Positions 1-11,424 of a DNA stretch of 64,000 nt are shown piece after piece. Location of the stretch: assembly GCA_043228905.1 (NCBI GenBank), contig JBHGNT010000015.1:8990001-9054000 (forward strand). The letters are read 5' to 3'. Every line of letters starts with the position of its first letter. The stretch's first letter is position 1. The notes beneath the pieces were generated by a model, which searched no databases, was not told the DNA's origin, and worked only from the letters and a program-made list of their open reading frames with translations. This DNA comes from Azolla caroliniana. Its lineage: Eukaryota; Plantae; Polypodiophyta. The position numbers were made by a program, and so were the translations under genes.

Positions 1-519
1 GCAGGTCCTTAAGTAGCCGCTTCAACCATATGGCTTCGCATGTCGCGACAGCCGCTCCTCGGTACTCAGCTTCGGGGCTCGACAAGGCAACTGTCGGCTG
101 CTTCTTACTGCTCCATGCGATCGCGGCACTCCGGAGAGAGAACGCATATCCAGACGTGGATCGGCGATCGGTAGCGTTGCTAGCCCAATCAGCATTAGTG
201 TAGCCGACTAACTGCGCGGCTGTACCGGTCCGATATAGCAGTCCCCGGTCCTTAGTGCCGTTGACATACCGAAGTATGCGTTGCGCACATTGAAGGTGCT
301 CCTCGGTAGGTCGCACCATGAACTGATTGATCACCCCAACTGGATAACTGAGGTCGGGTCGGGTGATGGTCAAGTATATAAGGCTTCCGACAATTTGTCG
401 GAACCTCGTCGGGTCGCATACCTTTCCCGTACCGGGACGAAGCTTGACGTTTCTGTCCAGAGGAGTCGAGATGGACTTACAATCGGCCATCCCGAGTTTG
501 AAGAGCATACTCAGCACGT

Positions 520-1149
520 TGTCGTGAAGAAAACCGTCCACAAGCGGAATCGGTGCACAGGAGCGTAGGAACCGGCTCTTCTCGAATGTTGTCCATAGAA
601 GATCCTAGGCAGGAAGATTTAGTGGGTAGGAAGTAAAGGGGAAACGGCTCCTTCCTTGCCTATAAAAGGAGGGAGACGCGAAGGGGGATGGGATCGCGGA
701 GAGTCGAGGACGAAGTGCTGTCGGTTTGCTTGCGAAGGCTTCTCTCTCTCTCTCTCTGGTTCGCAAGCTCCATAGCTTCCTTCTGTGCAGGTTTCGGGAG
801 GCTCGCGCTGCTCTGAGGAACGCCCGAGTGCTTCCGGCAGCACCTCCAACCTACTCCTTCCTTTTTGTGCGTTTACGAACAGGTATCGACATCTGTTCGC
901 CGGCCTGTTCGGTTGTAACCAACTTCATGCTTGTTGTTTGTCTTGTTTATATATATATATTTTTTTACATACATTCGTGTCTCTCTGTGTCGCTGTCGCA
1001 CTCGCGTCTCTGTGTCGAAGGGCCGTGTCCCTGTGAATCTATGCTCGCACCTTCTGGGTCTCTTCCCCTCTCCTTTTCTCTCTTGCTCTTCGGTACAAGA
1101 TCCCCGAGGTCCCGCCTCATTCCACGCATCCGCGAGGAATACCTCGACA
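520..1149 (+). repeat. 5' LTR of Gypsy B
   Basis: TGTCGTGAAG...CCTCGACA, direct repeat of 6863-7491. TATAAAA at 661-667. Confidence 0.97.
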
Positions 1150-1152
1150 TCT

Positions 1153-1170
1153 TGGTGAACCCGACGTGAA
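1153..1170 (+). promoter_or_regulatory. Primer binding site complementary to tRNA-Trp
   Basis: TGGTGAACCCGACGTGAA is the reverse complement of TTCACGTCGGGTTCACCA, the plant tRNA-Trp 3' end as recalled. Confidence 0.85.
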
Positions 1171-1192
1171 GGAGGCGGTAGAAGAGCAGAAG

Positions 1193-3320
1193 ATGAAAGG
1201 GTCGGATCTTGCGGAGGCCATGGCTTCGGCCGTAGATCGGATATTGAGCGCACGCGAGGGCTCCGGCGCCCTCGACAGAGCCATTGAGGCGGTCGTCGGT
1301 ACGATCGGCCGGTTCAGCGGAAAGGATGCCACGAAGTATTTGGCGTCCTACGGGGCAGAAATGTTGATGCTGGACATTCCGAAAGAGAGACGTCTTGCCG
1401 GGTTTCCTCGAGTGGCGATGCCGAGCATCCATGCGGAGGTGCTCGAGGTGCGGGCGGAGAGCCGTACCTGGGAGGAGTTCGAAGGCCGACTCCTGGAAAA
1501 AATACGGGCTGGACGACGCGCTCCGGCTTTCGAAACGAAACTTCATGGAATGGGTGGAGTCCCCCGGCAAGGGAAGAAACGCGTCGGCACTCCTTCGGGA
1601 GTTTGAAGAACGCTTTGCGCGCCTTTCGGCGCTTGACCGAGCCATTCTGGATACGAGCCGGGTCCTACTGTTCGTCAAGTCGGTGGACGAGCGGGACCGG
1701 GATCAAGTCTGCTCCTTGCTGGAAACCGAAGACGGGCTGACGACCGACTGGGCTGCAGTTAAGAGGGTCTGTGGCTGTTTTGACAAAGGGCGAGAATGGG
1801 CTGATAACGGGGCGGCCGGTGCGGGCTCTGTCACAGCAAGGATACTGGAACCAGCACCACAAGGGCGAAGGGAAGAGACCCGGGAGTGGCTCGAAACCGG
1901 TTCGGCTTCGACCGGCATGGTCAATGGCTCCTCCGGAGGAGCAGCGCTGGAGGAGTTGACGCGGGCGATAAAGGATCTCCAGATCGCCCAGGCTCGAAGG
2001 GAAGGCGGCGAACCGGCTCGTGACCGACATCTGGCAGCACGGAACAGGTGCATGTGGTGCGACGAGCTCGGCCACATTCGGAAGGACTGCGGCGATTTCG
2101 CACAGGCGTTGAGGAACCGGGTGGTGTACCTGTGGGAAGGCCGGGTGCACGCTGGCGACACCAGGAGGGCCCTAAACTGAAACGACGGGCGAGCAGGTAT
2201 GAAGAGACTGATGGAAGAGGCAGCGGCCCGACACGTGGAGCCCATCCACTACTCGGCGTCGGCCGGTATTCGGGTCGGGGGTAGTGAGGCCCGAAAGGAG
2301 AGCAAAGACGGTTTCTGGTCGGCAATGCTGGAAGGCCTCGCCGGCGCACGGCTGAGGAAAGATGAAACGAACCGTGCTGAGAGACGGGTCCGGGAAATAA
2401 CTGGGTGGAGCGATCCGGTCGAGGAGAAGACGGGCTTTGTAGAAGCCGCCTGCCGGAACTACGAGGCTCTGGTAGAAGAAAAACGAGTGGGGAAAGCCGG
2501 AGCGGTCGGGCCCTCACAACGGTATGAGACCCGATTCGGGCAACGACGGAACGATGCCGGTGGGTCCGGCTCGCGAGATAACCTCAGGAAGGGCGGGTAC
2601 CGACTGGGGACGGAAATAGAAAGGACTACCGACCTACGAAAGGGCCTAGAAGAACGGATCCTCGACATCAAAGTGGAGCTGTCATTGCGGGAGGTGCTAG
2701 GGATCGCCAAGAAGGAGTTCCACGACTCCGTTGTAGACTTGGTGAAACGGAAGAAACTGTCGACGGAGACGGAACCGGAAAGACCGGTGGAGGTGCGGAC
2801 GACGCACATCGACGACCCGGCGCTGGAAGATGAGTGGGCGGAGAGCCACTATTCGAGGCCACACTGGGCCCGAGCGACCACGGAGACCCCGGTAAATATC
2901 GGAGATGTTCAGGAACCGGTGGTGGCGTTGGTGGACCACGGTTCGGAAATAAACCTAATGTCCATGGACTTCTATAAGAAGGGAAAGTGGCCGATCAACA
3001 CCAGGCACGGGTGGAAGATACGGGCGGCGACGCGCGCCACCGAGGAACTCCACGGGGCCTGCCCGAATGTGCGAGTAAAGATCGGCGACGTCGAGATTGA
3101 CCAACACTTCTTCGTACAGGAGATGTCCTCGCACTCGGTCATATTAGGGGAACCATACATCACGGCGGCAAGAATGGAGACCAAGGTGCTGGACAACGGT
3201 TCGGCCTACGCGAGGGTCAAAAGCCAGGACGGGCGTCATTCGGTGCAATTTCTGACGGTGCGGCCGAACCACGAGAAAAACCGCGAATCCCTCAGAGGCG
3301 AGAGCCGGGAGGATTTTTAG
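1193..3320 (+). pseudogene. Gypsy B gag-protease
   Basis: Zinc knuckle CMWCDELGHIRKDC and protease LVDHGSEINLM. Frameshift in the A-run near 1500, stop at 2178-2180, ends EDF*. Confidence 0.9.
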
Positions 3321-6300
3321 AGAGGGCTGCCAAGGCGTGGGGCCGAGACAGCCCGGACACTCGGAAAAGAACCCACGACTGTACGATAGGTAGGAAATTT
3401 TGCTTCTCCAACAATGGCGGGTGTATGATAGTCGGCATCGTCGGCCGAGAAAAGACAAGGGCGGAAGTGCGACTTCGAGCGTGCGGAGTTCTCGGCCCGG
3501 ACGAGGAAATCAGCGGAGCCGTGGAGGCGGTCTCCTTCGACGACACCTTGGGAATGCTGAGGAAGGTAGCCAGAGAAGACCTTAACGAATACCGGATGAT
3601 ACCGGTATGTTCCGAAGAGATGTACGAAGTCATCGAGAACTTCAGTCGGGGGCTCGGGTCGGATCGGACGGCCCGAGTTAGCACGAAGTACAAGACTGTG
3701 GACTGGAAGGTAAGGCCAGTCGCGGCACCCTTGCCGGAGGGCAGCGAGTCCCGAATCAGAGGGGTCGCGTCGGACCCCAGTTTACGAGATCCGGCCTGCA
3801 TAGGACATACCTTCACCGACGGGACGCTCCGGGAGCTCAAGATCGGTGGGGGCGGGTTCCTACTGCCGGCGGAGGAAGACCGGTTTCGGAGAATGCTCGG
3901 AAGGCACGGGAAAGCCTTCGCATTCTCGCCGGAAGAGATCGGGTGCGTAGACTCGACAATCGTGGAGCCGATGGTGATATTCACAGTACCGCATGTGTCG
4001 TGGAATCTCAAGCCAATTCCGGTACCGAGAGCTCACATCCCGAAGTTGATGGAGCTATTGAGGCAGAAAGTAGATATGGGCATTCTTGAACCGTCGAGTG
4101 CGCCATACTCGAACCGATGGTTTACCGTACCAAAGAAAAACGGAACATTGCACTTCATTCAGGACCTGCAGCCGGTCAACAGAGTGAACATTCAGAACGC
4201 AGGAATCGGACCGACCATAGACGAGTTCGCGGAGGCCTTCGACGGAAGGTCGATTTACTCGGTCGGTGATCTGTACTCGGGGTACGACCAGTTCCAGCTA
4301 GCCGTGGAGAGCAGAGACATTACGACGATGCGAACTCCCCTCGGCCTAGTGCGAATGTGTACCCTGCCGCAAGGAGGGACCAACTCGGTGGCCCACATGG
4401 TGAATGCAATGAACAAGGTACTGAGGGATTGCATCCCGGACATCACCATGCCATTTCTAGACGACATCCCTATTAAAGGGTGCCCGGTGGAAGAGAAGGA
4501 CGAGACAGTCGGGCCGGACGGATGCCGGCGATTCGTGGCAACTCACATCGGCGACTGCGAGAAGGTGCTACAAAGGCTAGAGGATGCGAGGCTCACCTTC
4601 TCCGGGGAGAAATCGGCCTTTGGGCAATCAGAAATCCTGGTGGTCGGGCACCTATGTGGACCGTATGGTCGGAAGCCGTCTCCGGCAAAGGTAGAAGCCA
4701 TCTCCGTGATGAAGACCGACTGTAGCTCGGTTACGGAAGTTCGGAGGTTCCTGGGGGCATGCGCATTCTACCACATATGGATCCCACATTACGCCCACGT
4801 TGCGGAGCCGCTATACGGGTTGCTGAAGAAAGGGCGAAAATTCGAGTGGCGAGACGAGCACACGGAGTCGGTCCGGAAGCTGAAAGAAGCTCTTGCGGCA
4901 ACACCGGCGCTCGTATTTTGAAGGCTGTCTACGAGAAGGGTACCCCGGTATACAAAACGGTGGATACGAGTCCGACCGGGATCGGATGGGTCGTCAACCA
5001 AGAAGACGGGGACGGCATTCGGTTCCCGACCTGATTCGGCGTGAAGGTCCTCAGTGAGCGACAACGAGGGTACGCCCAGGTTAAACGCGAACTCTGGGGT
5101 ATCGTTTCAGCAGTAAAGGCCGACAAAGACTACCTGATCGGGATGGAAGTGATCATCGAGACGGATTGCCTGCCAATTCTCGGCATGGTTTCCGGATGCG
5201 CGACACCGGACCTGGCGATGCTCAAGTGGATAGCATACATCAAGTCCCTGGATCCGGAAATACGACACATTTCCGGAAAGGACAACGCCATGGCCGACAT
5301 GCTTTCGAGGGCAAGGTTTGATGACGAGGGCGGCATGGTTTCGGAGGACGAAGAAGTCGGCGTGGACTTCTTCGAAGCGGCGTACGTGACGACCGATGGG
5401 ACGAGCACTCCGGCACTTAACGACTTCGACGAGAGCAAGTACGACGGCGAGTGGCTCCAGATCGGTGGATTTTTGAGGACAATGACGCCGGATGCGTCAT
5501 GGACGAAGGACGAGGCCAACCGGATCCGAAAGAAAGCTTACCGATTCTTTCTCCGGGACAGATACTTATGGAAGCACCCGAAGAAGAGGAACGGCGTCCC
5601 GCTCCGGGTGGTGGCGATGAAGGAAGAACAGGAGGAGCTGCTGACGGCCTACCACGACAGCCCTTGGGCCGGACACCGTGGAACCTGGGCCACGTTCGAG
5701 AAGATAAAGGGGAAGTACTGGTGGCCGGGACTGTACCGGGACGTGCATCGGTTCGTGACAACTTGCGAGAGCTGTCAGATGCACTCCATAGTCCGACACC
5801 GGGACGAACTTCACCCTATGTACCCTCCGACCATCCACTTCAAATGGATGGTAGACCTGGTGACGATGCCGATGGGAGTAGGACAGATGCGGTATCTGGT
5901 CCTGGCCCGGGAAGATTTGACGAACCAGGTGGAAGGCCGGGCCCTTCAGAACAAAACGACTGTAGCCGTATGTCGATTCCTGCTCGAGGACGTAATATGC
6001 CGGTACGGGTGCGTCGGGAAGATCGTGGCTGATCACGGGGAGTTGGACGCCGAAGAGGCCGAGGAGTTGTTCGACCGGCTAGGAGTCAAGCTCTCGCTTA
6101 CCACTGCGTACAATCCAGAGGCGAATGGAAAGGTGGAGCGCGGACACGAACCGATCGTCAAGGCGTTAGTTCGGGCATGCGGAGGTCAAGTCGGGAACTA
6201 GCCGCGGCTGCTGCCTTATGCGTTGTGGGCGGACCGAACTACGAACAGTTCGGTAACCGGATTCATGCCGGCAGAACTCATGTTTGGGCAGAAGCCGGTC

Positions 6301-6789
6301 ATGCCGATGGAACGTACGATCTCCTCGTGGGCAACCGTCGACTGGAGAGACGAGATGAGCAGGGAGGAACTGCTGGCGGCGCGTATACGATAGCTCGAGC
6401 AAAGATCGGAGGACGTGGAGCAGGCTGCGGAAAAGCTTCGGGAAGCAAGGATGAGGAACAAAGCCCGGTTCGACCGAACGCACCGGCTCCAACCGAAGAA
6501 GATCGAGGAAGGCAACTGGGTGCTAGTCTACAACAACAGCCTTGACAACCAGCACTGAGCGACACGGAAGTTCGCAAGAAGGTGGTTTGGGCCTTACGTG
6601 GTACAAAGCGCCAACGACAACGGGACATACCATCTGGCGGAACTCGACGGTACGAGCATGACGATACCGGTAGCGGGGAAGCGGATCAAAGCGTTCAAGA
6701 AGCGTCACGACGACGAGCCGGATCCGGTTGACCTGGACAGCGACGACGAACGATCCGAAACCGAGGAAGAACCGACGAGCGGGGAATGA
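3311..6789 (+). pseudogene. Gypsy B pol (RT-RNase H-integrase), in the -1 frame relative to gag-PR
   Basis: RT motifs LPQG and FLDDI, RH DTS and ADMLSR, INT GHRG, CESCQ, YNPEANGKVER. Frameshift near 4915 and several single stops. Confidence 0.92.
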
Positions 6790-6862
6790 AGGCTGGACCG
6801 GTTTTCTCCGTCCCAACTCAATTTGGCGCATGCCGGTGGATGCGCGGTTAGGTGGGGGTGGA

Positions 6863-7491
6863 TGTCGTGAAGAAAACCGTCCACAAGCGGAATCGGTGCA
6901 CAGGAGCGTAGGAACCGGCTCTTCTCGAATGTTGTCCATAGAAGATCCTAGGCAGGAAGATTTAGTGGGTAGGAAGTAAAGGGGAAACGACTCCTTCCTT
7001 GCCTATAAAAGGAGGGAGACGCGAAGGGGGATGGGATCGCGGAGAGTCGAGGACGAAGTGCTGTCGGTTTGCGTGCGAAGGCTTCTCTCTCTCTCTCTCT
7101 GGTTCGGAAGCTCCATAGCTTCCTTCTGTGCAGGTTTCGGGAGGCTCGCGCTGCTCTGAGGAACGCCCGAGTGCTTCCGGCAGCACCTCCAACCTACTCC
7201 TTCCTTTCTGTGCGTTTACGAACAGGTATCGGCATCTGTTCGCCGGCCTGTTCGGTTGTAACCAACTTCGTGCTTGTTGTTTGTCTTGTTTATATATATA
7301 TTTTTTTTACATACATTCGTGTCTCTTTGTGTCGTTGTCGCACTCGCGTCTCTGTGTCGAAGGGCCGTGTCCCTGTGAATCTATGCTCGCACCTTGTGGG
7401 TCTCTTCCCCTCTCCTTTTCTCTCTTGCTCTTCGGTACAAGACCCCCGAGGTTCCGCCTCATTCCACGCATCCGAGAGGAATACCTCGACA
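6863..7491 (+). repeat. 3' LTR of Gypsy B
   Basis: Direct repeat of 520-1149, preceded by the purine-rich AGGTGGGGGTGGA. Confidence 0.97.
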
Positions 7492-7495
7492 ACGT

Positions 7496-10400
7496 AATGA
7501 CGTTGGCTGATCAATATGCCTTCGGGGGTAGGGATCACTTCGATCCCTAGGAAGTAACGAAGGTCTCCCAGATCCTTCATGTCGAAGGATGCCGCAAGTT
7601 GGAGCTTCACGCGGTCGATTTCACCGAGGTCGGCGCCGGTGATGACCAAGTCATCAACATACAGTAAAATACTAACCGGTCCGAGTCGACCTTTCCGGAT
7701 GAACAGGGAAGAGTCCGATTTTGACGTGACGAAGCCCATCCGACGCAGTTGTTGCGTGATCTTCGCGTTCCAGGCACGCGGGGCTTGCTTCAGTCCGTAA
7801 AGGGACTTCTTCAGTCGGCATACTGCCAAGGAGTTCGTTCCGGAGTGAAATCCGGGGGGTTGTACCATGTACACCTGTTCCTCAAGGTCACCTTGCAAGA
7901 ACGCATTCTTTACATCCATCTGATGTAAGTGCCACCCTTCGCCGCGGCTACTGCGAGCAAAACACGAACGGTCGTCATTTTTGCGACTGGCGCAAATGTC
8001 TCATCGTAGTCGATGCCGTGTTTCTGCGCGTAGCCCTTTGCCACTAGCCGAGCCTTGTACCGGTTGACCGAGCCATTGGTGTTGTACTTGACCTTGTACA
8101 CCCATCTACACCCGATCGGCTTCACACCCTTTGGTGCGTCAACCAGGTCCCAGGTCTCGTTCTCCGCCAATGCGTGCATCTCTTCCTCTATCGCGGCACG
8201 CCAATTCGCGTCCTTCGCCGCTTCTGCGTAGCTCTCCGGCTCACGCACTTCCGCTACACGGGTCATGTACGCATAATGATGCGCCATGTACTCGTTGTAT
8301 CCGAATCGCACAACTGGGTTCTTCTAGCGGGTAGATCGGCGTAATCTCACATTAGCCGATGTCGAGGCCTTCTCGGTCGACGCGGTCTTCATCTTTAAAG
8401 ACCTGTCACCGGTTCCCTCGGAGTCGGACTCGCGTCGGTCTGACTCGTTCCTTTCCGTGCCGGAATCCGACACCTTCTTTTTCCCTTTCTCCTTGCGCGT
8501 AAGCCATCTCCTCGGCTTCCTGCGCGGGGAATGCACGGCCGAGTCTCCACTACTCGCCGGCTCTTCATTGGACTGGTCGTACCGACCCAGTCGTCCAATC
8601 GGTCCACTTAACCGGAGTGAAATCGGACTCTCTTCGCGGGTCTCGATTTCTGGCTCATCCGGAGGCATCTCAGCCTCGTTGACCTCATCGTCAGAACTCG
8701 TATTGGAGTCGGGCTTCCGAGTCGAGGGCAGGTACCAGGACGCGGACTCGTCAAACACAACGTCGCGGTTGACACGCGCTTGTTTGGTGCGAGGGTTATA
8801 GCACTTATAACCCTTCTGCTCGTCCGAGTAACCGACCAAGATGCACTTCTCGGCCTTTGCGTCCAGCTTCCTCCTTTTCTCCTTCGGTACATGCACATAC
8901 GCAATGCTACCGAACACCCTCAAGTGTCGCAAGTTCGGCTTCGTTCCGAAATATAGCTCGTGCGCCGACACTTTGTCTCCGATCCAGTTCTGGATGTATA
9001 CCGCGGTCCTTACTGCCTCGGCCCAGTAGAACTTGGGCAAGCTCTTCTCCTCCAGCATCGCCCGTGCCGCTTCCACAATCGACCGATTCTTTCTCTCGGC
9101 CACGCCGTTCTGCTCCGGCGTGTATCTACAACTGAATTCGCGGCGAATTCCCATTTGTTGTAGGTAACCGTTGAATTGACCGGAAAAGTACTCTTTTCCG
9201 CCATCCGACCGCAGGCACTTGATCTTTTGTCCCGTTTTGGCTTCCACAAACCCTTTGAGGTCCCGGAAACAGTTGAAGACTTCGCTCTTCCTCTCAATGA
9301 GGTAGATCCATGTGTGGTCGTCGATGAAGGAGACGAAATATCGGCTCCCGCCAAAACTAACGTTTTGTGCCAGCCCCCACACATCCGAGTGTATAAGATC
9401 GAGCTTGTTCCGGCTCCGGTTTCGCTCGTTGGGGAAAGGAAGTCGGTGTTGCTTCCTAAGCTGGTAGGCTTCACAAATTTGTGCCTTTCGGCCACTAAAC
9501 TTGGGCAATCCGAACACTACCTGTTTCGATTGCAGATCTTGAAGCCTCTGGTGGTTGACGTGGCCTATCCGCTTGTGCCACAAGTCTATGTCCGACTCAG
9601 TCTTTTGTCCCTTCGCGAACATTGCGGTGCCGCCGTCAGTGGAGTCGAGGATGAACATCCTCCCGTCTCGTCGCCCTTGCGCAATCACATGGGCTTCTTC
9701 CTCAATGAAGCACCCGAGGTGTGTAAACCGAACCTCCATCCCTTGGTCGACGATCTGTCCGACCGAGACCAAGTTCTTCGTGATTGTCGGAACGTGCAGC
9801 ACGTTCTTGAGTTTCCCTTTCTGCCCGACATGGCTAAGGGGAACTTCTCCGACATTCGCGATCGGATGCGGAGTGTCGTCTCCTGTTGCGACTACTCCAG
9901 GTTGTATCGGTTTTTCAAGGCACGAGAACCACTCCTTATGGCTCGTCATGTGGTTTGACGCGCCGGAGTCTACGTACCACACCTCGTCCGATCTCGGGGT
10001 GCTCTGTTTCATTGAGTTTGCTTCGTGTCTCGTCACGAAGACAGACCCTTCTCTGGCTCTCCCAGAGTCTTCAGCGTAGTGCGATCGCTGCTGATTTCCC
10101 TTGTCGGTATGTCTGGAGCCGTTCCCGGAACCAGTTCTCTCCAAATCGGCGCGCTTCTTCCAGCACTCACTTTCCCTGTGGCCTTTCTTGCCACAGTACC
10201 AGCACTCCGCGATGGCCTTCCCTTGCCGGTTCTCATCGCTTCGACTCCCCCTGTTTCCGGAGGGTCTAGAGTTGTTGTCTGCATCACTTCGGTGCCTTCT
10301 TCCTTGATCACGTCGGCCGCCTCCATTGCGTGCCGACTCGCCTCGTCCGCCACGACCACGGGGCCTTTCTCCCTCCGTGTACAACATCTTGTTGTCGGTG

Positions 10401-10964
10401 TGCGTGCTCGTCGACGCACCCGCGTGGTTCTCCTCTACCAGGAGCATCGACTGTAAGTCGAAAAAGCACGGCGTATTCTCCCGGGTACACAGCCATTCGG
10501 AACGCTCCGAACTTCGACGCCAAACCTCTGAGACAGATCTGGACCATCTCGCTCTCCTCGATGTTCACCTCTATGGAGGCGAGGGAGTCGCAGATATCCT
10601 TGATCTTCGAGGTATAGTCCGCCACCGACAAGTCGCGTTGTCGTAGGTTGCTCAACTCCTGTCGGAGCTGAAGCTTCCTAGTTGTGGTGCTCACGGCGAA
10701 AATCTTCTTCAGATTTTCCCACGCACCCTTCGGCGTCTTTGCATCCCGAACATAGCTCAATAGTTGTTCGCCCACACACGACGCGAAGCAGTATAGTACC
10801 CTGTTCGCCGATTGCTCCCACGACGGGAAGTCTCTGTGTGTCGATTCGGGTGCCGCGTCATTCGGGTGCCCGAGCATGTACTGGTGCATCTTGTAGGACC
10901 AAGACGCGTAGTTGGTTCTGTCGAGCTTCTCTGTTGGAAGCGAGCTCGCCATGCCTCTATCCAT
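7496..10964 (-). pseudogene. Copia A gag-pol (continues at 1-519), with frameshifts and stops
   Basis: ORFs 10308-10964, 8324-10447, 7910-8311, 7290-7919. Removing Gypsy B and one ACGT restores the frame ISQRHY-VLSMLF. Confidence 0.93.
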
Positions 10965-11036
10965 CGTTCTTCTTGTTCTTCTTCGTCAAGCTATGTCGGC
11001 TGCAGAGAGGTTCTCAACCCTCGCGCTCGGATACCA

Positions 11037-11424
11037 TGTAGAAAGTAGCGTGCGAAGCAAGTATGAAGACAGAACAGAGGAAGGAAACTCAGGTTCAATG
11101 GAGAGCTTAGGCTTACACGGTATACGCGGGAGAGACAAAGAGAGAAACACAAAAAACTATATTCAACAATAATACTCAATCTCTGTGTACATAAGATGTG
11201 CTCAGTGAGCACTTTTATACAAGTCCTAAAAGGACTGACCGAAGTACTGACAGTACTTCAATGCTCATCAAGAGCCCCTACACTAACTCCCAAATATATT
11301 CCTCACAGAATATCAATCCTAACGATCTCCCGGTTTATGTACTCGGCCTAACCGATCAGTCCCAACCGATCCGGTCCTCGGCTTCTTCAGCCGATCCGGC
11401 CGATGTTGAGCTTGTCTCTCAACA
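11037..11424 (-). repeat. 5' LTR of Copia A
   Basis: Minus strand starts TGTTGAGAGACAAGCTCAAC and ends TTTCTACA, next to the PBS. Similar to the LTRs at 18866, 23443 and 25340. Confidence 0.9.

Larger units (their letters stand above)
520..7491 (+). mobile_element. Complete Ty3/Gypsy element B (non-chromovirus, Phygy-like)
   Basis: LTRs 520-1149 and 6863-7491, differing by roughly a dozen substitutions. 4-bp TSD ACGT (516-519, 7492-7495). PBS 1153-1170, PPT 6850-6862. Order gag-PR then RT (FLDD)-RH-INT, no chromodomain. Confidence 0.96.
1..11424 (-). mobile_element. Ty1/Copia element A (dominant Copia group), 3' end outside the window, interrupted by Gypsy B
   Basis: 5' LTR at 11037-11424 (TG...CA). 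PBS TGGTATCCGAGC at 11025-11036 (tRNA-iMet type, 1 mismatch). Domain order gag, ZnK (CWYCGKKGHRESEC), PR (WYVDSGAS), INT (RSDGGKEY, QNGVAER), RT (YVDDL), RH (WSSKKQPTVALSS, 1-130). Its right end interrupts the RT of Gypsy C. Confidence 0.95.

Noticed and set aside
619-1253. ORFs within the LTR of Gypsy B (repeated at 6962-7550)
   Set aside because: They overlap on both strands, shift frame between the two LTRs and have no recognisable domain.
9176-10456. Long antisense ORFs over Copia A and similar ones over B
   Set aside because: Shadow ORFs of GC-rich retroelement coding sequence.
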